From Nitrososphaerota archaeon (lineage in GTDB: Archaea > Thermoproteota > Nitrososphaeria > Conexivisphaerales > DTJL01): a DNA stretch of 64,000 bases. The notes beneath the pieces were generated by a model. The model ran no database searches and was not told the origin of the DNA. It saw nothing but the letters and a program-made list of their open reading frames with translations. This document shows, piece after piece, positions 61,127 through 64,000 of the stretch. Both the position numbers and the translations under genes were made by a program. Numbering within the stretch: the stretch's first letter is position 1; each line of letters opens with the position of its first letter. The stretch is taken from assembly GCA_021324115.1 (NCBI GenBank), contig JAJPJS010000025.1, positions 200,343 to 264,342 on the forward strand. Direction: 5' to 3'.

Positions 61127-62392
61127 ATGACGCTGGTTGGCTACCTCATGGTCGTGATAGGTGGCCTCCTTGCACTTTATTCTCTATACTGGGGTATCCT
61201 ACTTGTAACAGGTGGTGCTTCAATCAGGAGAATGAAATCTGCCGGGGGCCTAAAAACCCGGACCGACCTTCAGTCGATGAATCCATCGGCCAAAGAACTC
61301 CCCTTTGTGTCGGTCGTTGTGGCCGCCAAGAACGAGGGCAAGGTGATAGGGAGGCTCATTCGCTCTCTCCAGCGTCTTAGGTATGACGGCAATCGGATTG
61401 AATTCATAATCTCCGAAAGCGGCTCGTCGGACAATACGAGTGAAATAGTGAGACGTTACGCAAAGTCGGACCCCAGGATAAAGCTTGTCACTTCCGAAAA
61501 ACCGGGAAAAGGTAACGCGTTGAATGCGGCGATAAAAATCGCCAGGGGGGATGTTTTCTTTTTCCTTGACGCGGACTGCGTTCCGGAGGCCGATTATCTC
61601 ATGAAGGCTATCCCCGAAATCGTTAACGGCAATGACCTGCTTGTCGGCTATTACAGGACAATCAATTCGGGCCAGAGCATCTGGACGAAGCTGGCGACAT
61701 TCGAAGATTTTCTTTGGAGGGTGATGGGAGCAGGAAAGGCCAGGCTGAATCTTTCAGTTCCACTGTCTGGACCTTCCACAGTAATGAGTAGGAGGGCTCT
61801 CGAATCTGTGCATGGTGGTTTCAAGAATATACTGACCGAAGACATCGAGCTGTGGGTGAGGCTGCTCAAGGCAGGCTACGCCGGCAGGTATGTTGATGCC
61901 TATGTATGGATGGAGGCTCCTGCCAGACTCGAAGTGCTGCTCAGGCAGAGGATAAGATGGTACAGGGGCTACCTGGAAACAGCTTTGATGCATCTGGACA
62001 TCTGGAAATACACGAGTCCTTCAAGGGCCCTGGATGCGATGCTGATGCTCTCCACCCCGTTTTTTGCGATGCTTTCCCTGCTTTCCTACGGCCTCTCTCT
62101 TCTCAGCATTCCTGTTTTGCCCAGCAATCTGGCCGTGATACTTTTTGCAGGATGGTTCATCGGTTCGAATATAATCGGTCTTTTCCTTCTGAATCTGGGG
62201 ATCATAATGATTGTGGGGCAGGAGGGGGCTTCAATGGCAAGAATGTCTCCTCTGGTGTACCTTTACACGGCCGTCCTGTCTCTTTCTTCATCCATAGCAA
62301 TACTTAATCTGGCTTTCAGCAGACCCAGAAGGTGGATAAAGACTGAACGCACAGGTTATGTGGACCCAGCCGTCCTTGAAGTCAGGAGCTAG
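61127..62392 (+). CDS. Membrane-integrated family 2 glycosyltransferase of the processive (D, D, D, QxxRW) synthase type
   Basis: ORF 61109..62392. VVVAAKNE, SSDNT, FFLDADCVP, TEDIELWVRL and LRQRIRWYRGY. One N-terminal and about four C-terminal TM helices. ATG 61127 lies about 27 nt downstream of a TATA-like ttcttttatatg. Confidence 0.8.
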   Translation: MTLVGYLMVVIGGLLALYSLYWGILLVTGGASIRRMKSAGGLKTRTDLQSMNPSAKELPFVSVVVAAKNEGKVIGRLIRSLQRLRYDGNRIEFIISESGSSDNTSEIVRRYAKSDPRIKLVTSEKPGKGNALNAAIKIARGDVFFFLDADCVPEADYLMKAIPEIVNGNDLLVGYYRTINSGQSIWTKLATFEDFLWRVMGAGKARLNLSVPLSGPSTVMSRRALESVHGGFKNILTEDIELWVRLLKAGYAGRYVDAYVWMEAPARLEVLLRQRIRWYRGYLETALMHLDIWKYTSPSRALDAMLMLSTPFFAMLSLLSYGLSLLSIPVLPSNLAVILFAGWFIGSNIIGLFLLNLGIIMIVGQEGASMARMSPLVYLYTAVLSLSSSIAILNLAFSRPRRWIKTERTGYVDPAVLEVRS

Positions 62393-62397
62393 CCGAT

Positions 62398-63840
62398 TTG
62401 GAACGGAAAGGCTTTTCGCCCAGAATCAGTCTCTTTGATACAATGTCGGGCGAAAAAAAGACGTTCGACTCAACCGAACAGCCCACACTCAAGATCTACA
62501 ACTGCGGGCTGACGGTTTACGATTCTCCGCATGTGGGGCATGCAAAGGTTATCATCTTCTTCGACACGCTCAGGCGTCTTCTCCTAAGAAAAGGTTTCCG
62601 CGTCAGGTATGTCGAGAATTTTACCGATGTTGATGATAAAATCATCCAGCGGGCCAGAGAACTGGGTATATCCACCACCCTTCTTTCGGAGAGGTACATA
62701 GCCGAATATTTCAGAGACTTTGGAACACTGAATGTGATGAAGGCGGATTCCTATCCAAGGGCAACACGGATCATGGCCGATATAATTCAACTCGTCGATG
62801 GCCTGGTAAAGATGGGAGCTGCATACGTTGTCCCCAGCGGGGTTTACCTCGACGTGGGAAAGGTCAAATCGTACGGAAAGCTCTCAAAGATAAAGCTCTC
62901 CGAGCTCAGGGCCGGCGCAAGGGTGGAGCCTGACCCTGAGAAGAAGGATCCACTCGACTTTGCCCTTTGGAAAATATATGACGAAGAACCCTTATGGGAT
63001 TCTCCCTGGGGAAGGGGTCGACCAGGCTGGCACATCGAGTGCTCGGCCATGGTTCACAAAGAGCTTGGGGAGCCCATTGACATCCACGGCGGAGGGGAAG
63101 ACCTGATATTCCCCCATCATGAAAACGAAATAGCTCAGTCGGAAACCCTCTTTTCGAAGCCGCTCTCGAATCTCTGGCTTCACGTGGGAATGCTGAGGCT
63201 TTCAGGTGAGAAGATGTCGAAGTCTCTCGGAAATGTCATCCCCATTGCTGAGTTCGTTCGAAGGTGGGGGCCGAACACGCTCAGGTACTACCTTTTGTCA
63301 GGTCTTTACAGAAGGCAGCTCGAGTATTCGATAAACGTTCTACAGAACTCCAGGGAAAACTGGCGAATAGTAGAATCGGCAAAGGCGATATCCGATAGAT
63401 TCCCACGAATAGGAACCGGAGAGAAGGGAGATCAGGACGATTCTAGTGCCGTCACCTCTGCAATCCTCAACTTCGATTCCGCGCTTTCCGACGACATGAA
63501 CACGCCCCAGGCTCTTTCAGAATTGGTCAAACTATCAAGGCTGATCAATCTTCGGTTTTCTTCGGGGCAGGTTGACGGCGATAGAGAAGAAAGTCTTTCA
63601 ACCGGTTTCAACCTTCTTTTCGACACTTTGGGATTTTCGAAACCATCGATTCCTGATGAAGAAACAAAAAGTGTAGAAGAAAGAATAACTTCAAGAAACG
63701 AACTCAGAAAGAGGGGTGAATTCGGGAGAGCCGACCAAATAAGGTCCGAACTTGAAAGAGCTGGATACGCACTTGTCGATTATCCCGGGGGGACCCTCTG
63801 GTACAAATCGGAATATCTGCTCCCGGGTGGTTCGGAATAA
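62398..63840 (+). CDS. cysS: Cysteinyl-tRNA synthetase
   Basis: IYNCGLTVYDSPHVGHAK (HIGH), WHIECS and KMSKSLGN. TTG start. Confidence 0.9.
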   Translation: MERKGFSPRISLFDTMSGEKKTFDSTEQPTLKIYNCGLTVYDSPHVGHAKVIIFFDTLRRLLLRKGFRVRYVENFTDVDDKIIQRARELGISTTLLSERYIAEYFRDFGTLNVMKADSYPRATRIMADIIQLVDGLVKMGAAYVVPSGVYLDVGKVKSYGKLSKIKLSELRAGARVEPDPEKKDPLDFALWKIYDEEPLWDSPWGRGRPGWHIECSAMVHKELGEPIDIHGGGEDLIFPHHENEIAQSETLFSKPLSNLWLHVGMLRLSGEKMSKSLGNVIPIAEFVRRWGPNTLRYYLLSGLYRRQLEYSINVLQNSRENWRIVESAKAISDRFPRIGTGEKGDQDDSSAVTSAILNFDSALSDDMNTPQALSELVKLSRLINLRFSSGQVDGDREESLSTGFNLLFDTLGFSKPSIPDEETKSVEERITSRNELRKRGEFGRADQIRSELERAGYALVDYPGGTLWYKSEYLLPGGSE

Positions 63841-63898
63841 ATAATACAGAACATATTTTAAATATGGTAGATGTCCAGTTGGGGCGTAGAGCCGTATA

Positions 63899-64000
63899 AT
63901 GGTACCTGTTTTTGCAACGTCCGGGACAACCGCAGCGGATATCGTCAACTATGCCCTCAATCTGGTCTGGATTCTTGCCTTCGCAGTCTTCCTGCTCTAC
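63899..64000 (+). CDS. Hypothetical membrane protein, N-terminal 34 codons only (runs off the right edge)
   Basis: ATG 63899 follows a TATA-like atattttaaatat (about 63853..63865). Translation MVPVFATSGTTAADIVNYALNLVWILAFAVFLLY is open to the window end and hydrophobic. Confidence 0.3.
   Translation, partial: MVPVFATSGTTAADIVNYALNLVWILAFAVFLLY

Noticed and set aside
1-64000. Search for CRISPR arrays, IS elements/transposases, integrases, prophage genes, rRNA and toxin-antitoxin or known defence cassettes
   Set aside because: I saw no direct-repeat/spacer periodicity, no DDE/tyrosine-recombinase-like ORFs and no rRNA-like conserved blocks. Apart from the two inteins, the window looks like core chromosome.

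Overview
This is a gene-dense (roughly 90% coding, about 50% GC by eye) chromosomal segment of an archaeon. The gene content points to a TACK/Thermoproteota-like lineage. It includes eukaryote-type ribosomal proteins S25e, S26e, L38e and L40e, RNA polymerase subunit Rpo12/P, and archaeal ThrRS, TyrRS, AspRS and CysRS. It also carries archaeosine tRNA-guanine transglycosylase, deoxyhypusine synthase, a family-B DNA polymerase, a presenilin homolog, F420-related genes (cofE, npdG-like) and an ESCRT-III/Vps4 (Cdv) cluster. I call about 67 protein-coding genes, two of them partial at the window edges and one (rpoP) below the ORF-track size cutoff. I found no rRNA, tRNA, CRISPR array, transposase or integrase. 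The only mobile elements I can support are two inteins. One is a 151-aa mini-intein splitting the DLPPG|TGD motif of an Mrp/NBP35 ATPase. The other is a 469-aa intein at motif B of PolB that ends in an atypical ...VGQ|S junction instead of HN|S. Central metabolism is well represented: sucCD, an sdhA-C-D-B operon, gdhA, apgM, PGI/PMI and thiolase plus DUF35. Items worth a second look: (1) The cdv locus has two tandem ESCRT-III genes plus Vps4 and no CdvA anywhere in the window. It is divergently paired with a long TrmB-type regulator, and the shared promoter holds a GGT(G/C)ACA half-site array. (2) The two inteins. (3) An RCK-type channel with a non-canonical TIGLY filter. (4) L38e with a roughly 70-aa Lys/Glu-rich tail. 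(5) A large B12-domain-like radical SAM enzyme behind a 364-bp structured leader. (6) An orphan HerA-like ATPase. All functional calls come from reading motifs by eye, and no database search was possible.
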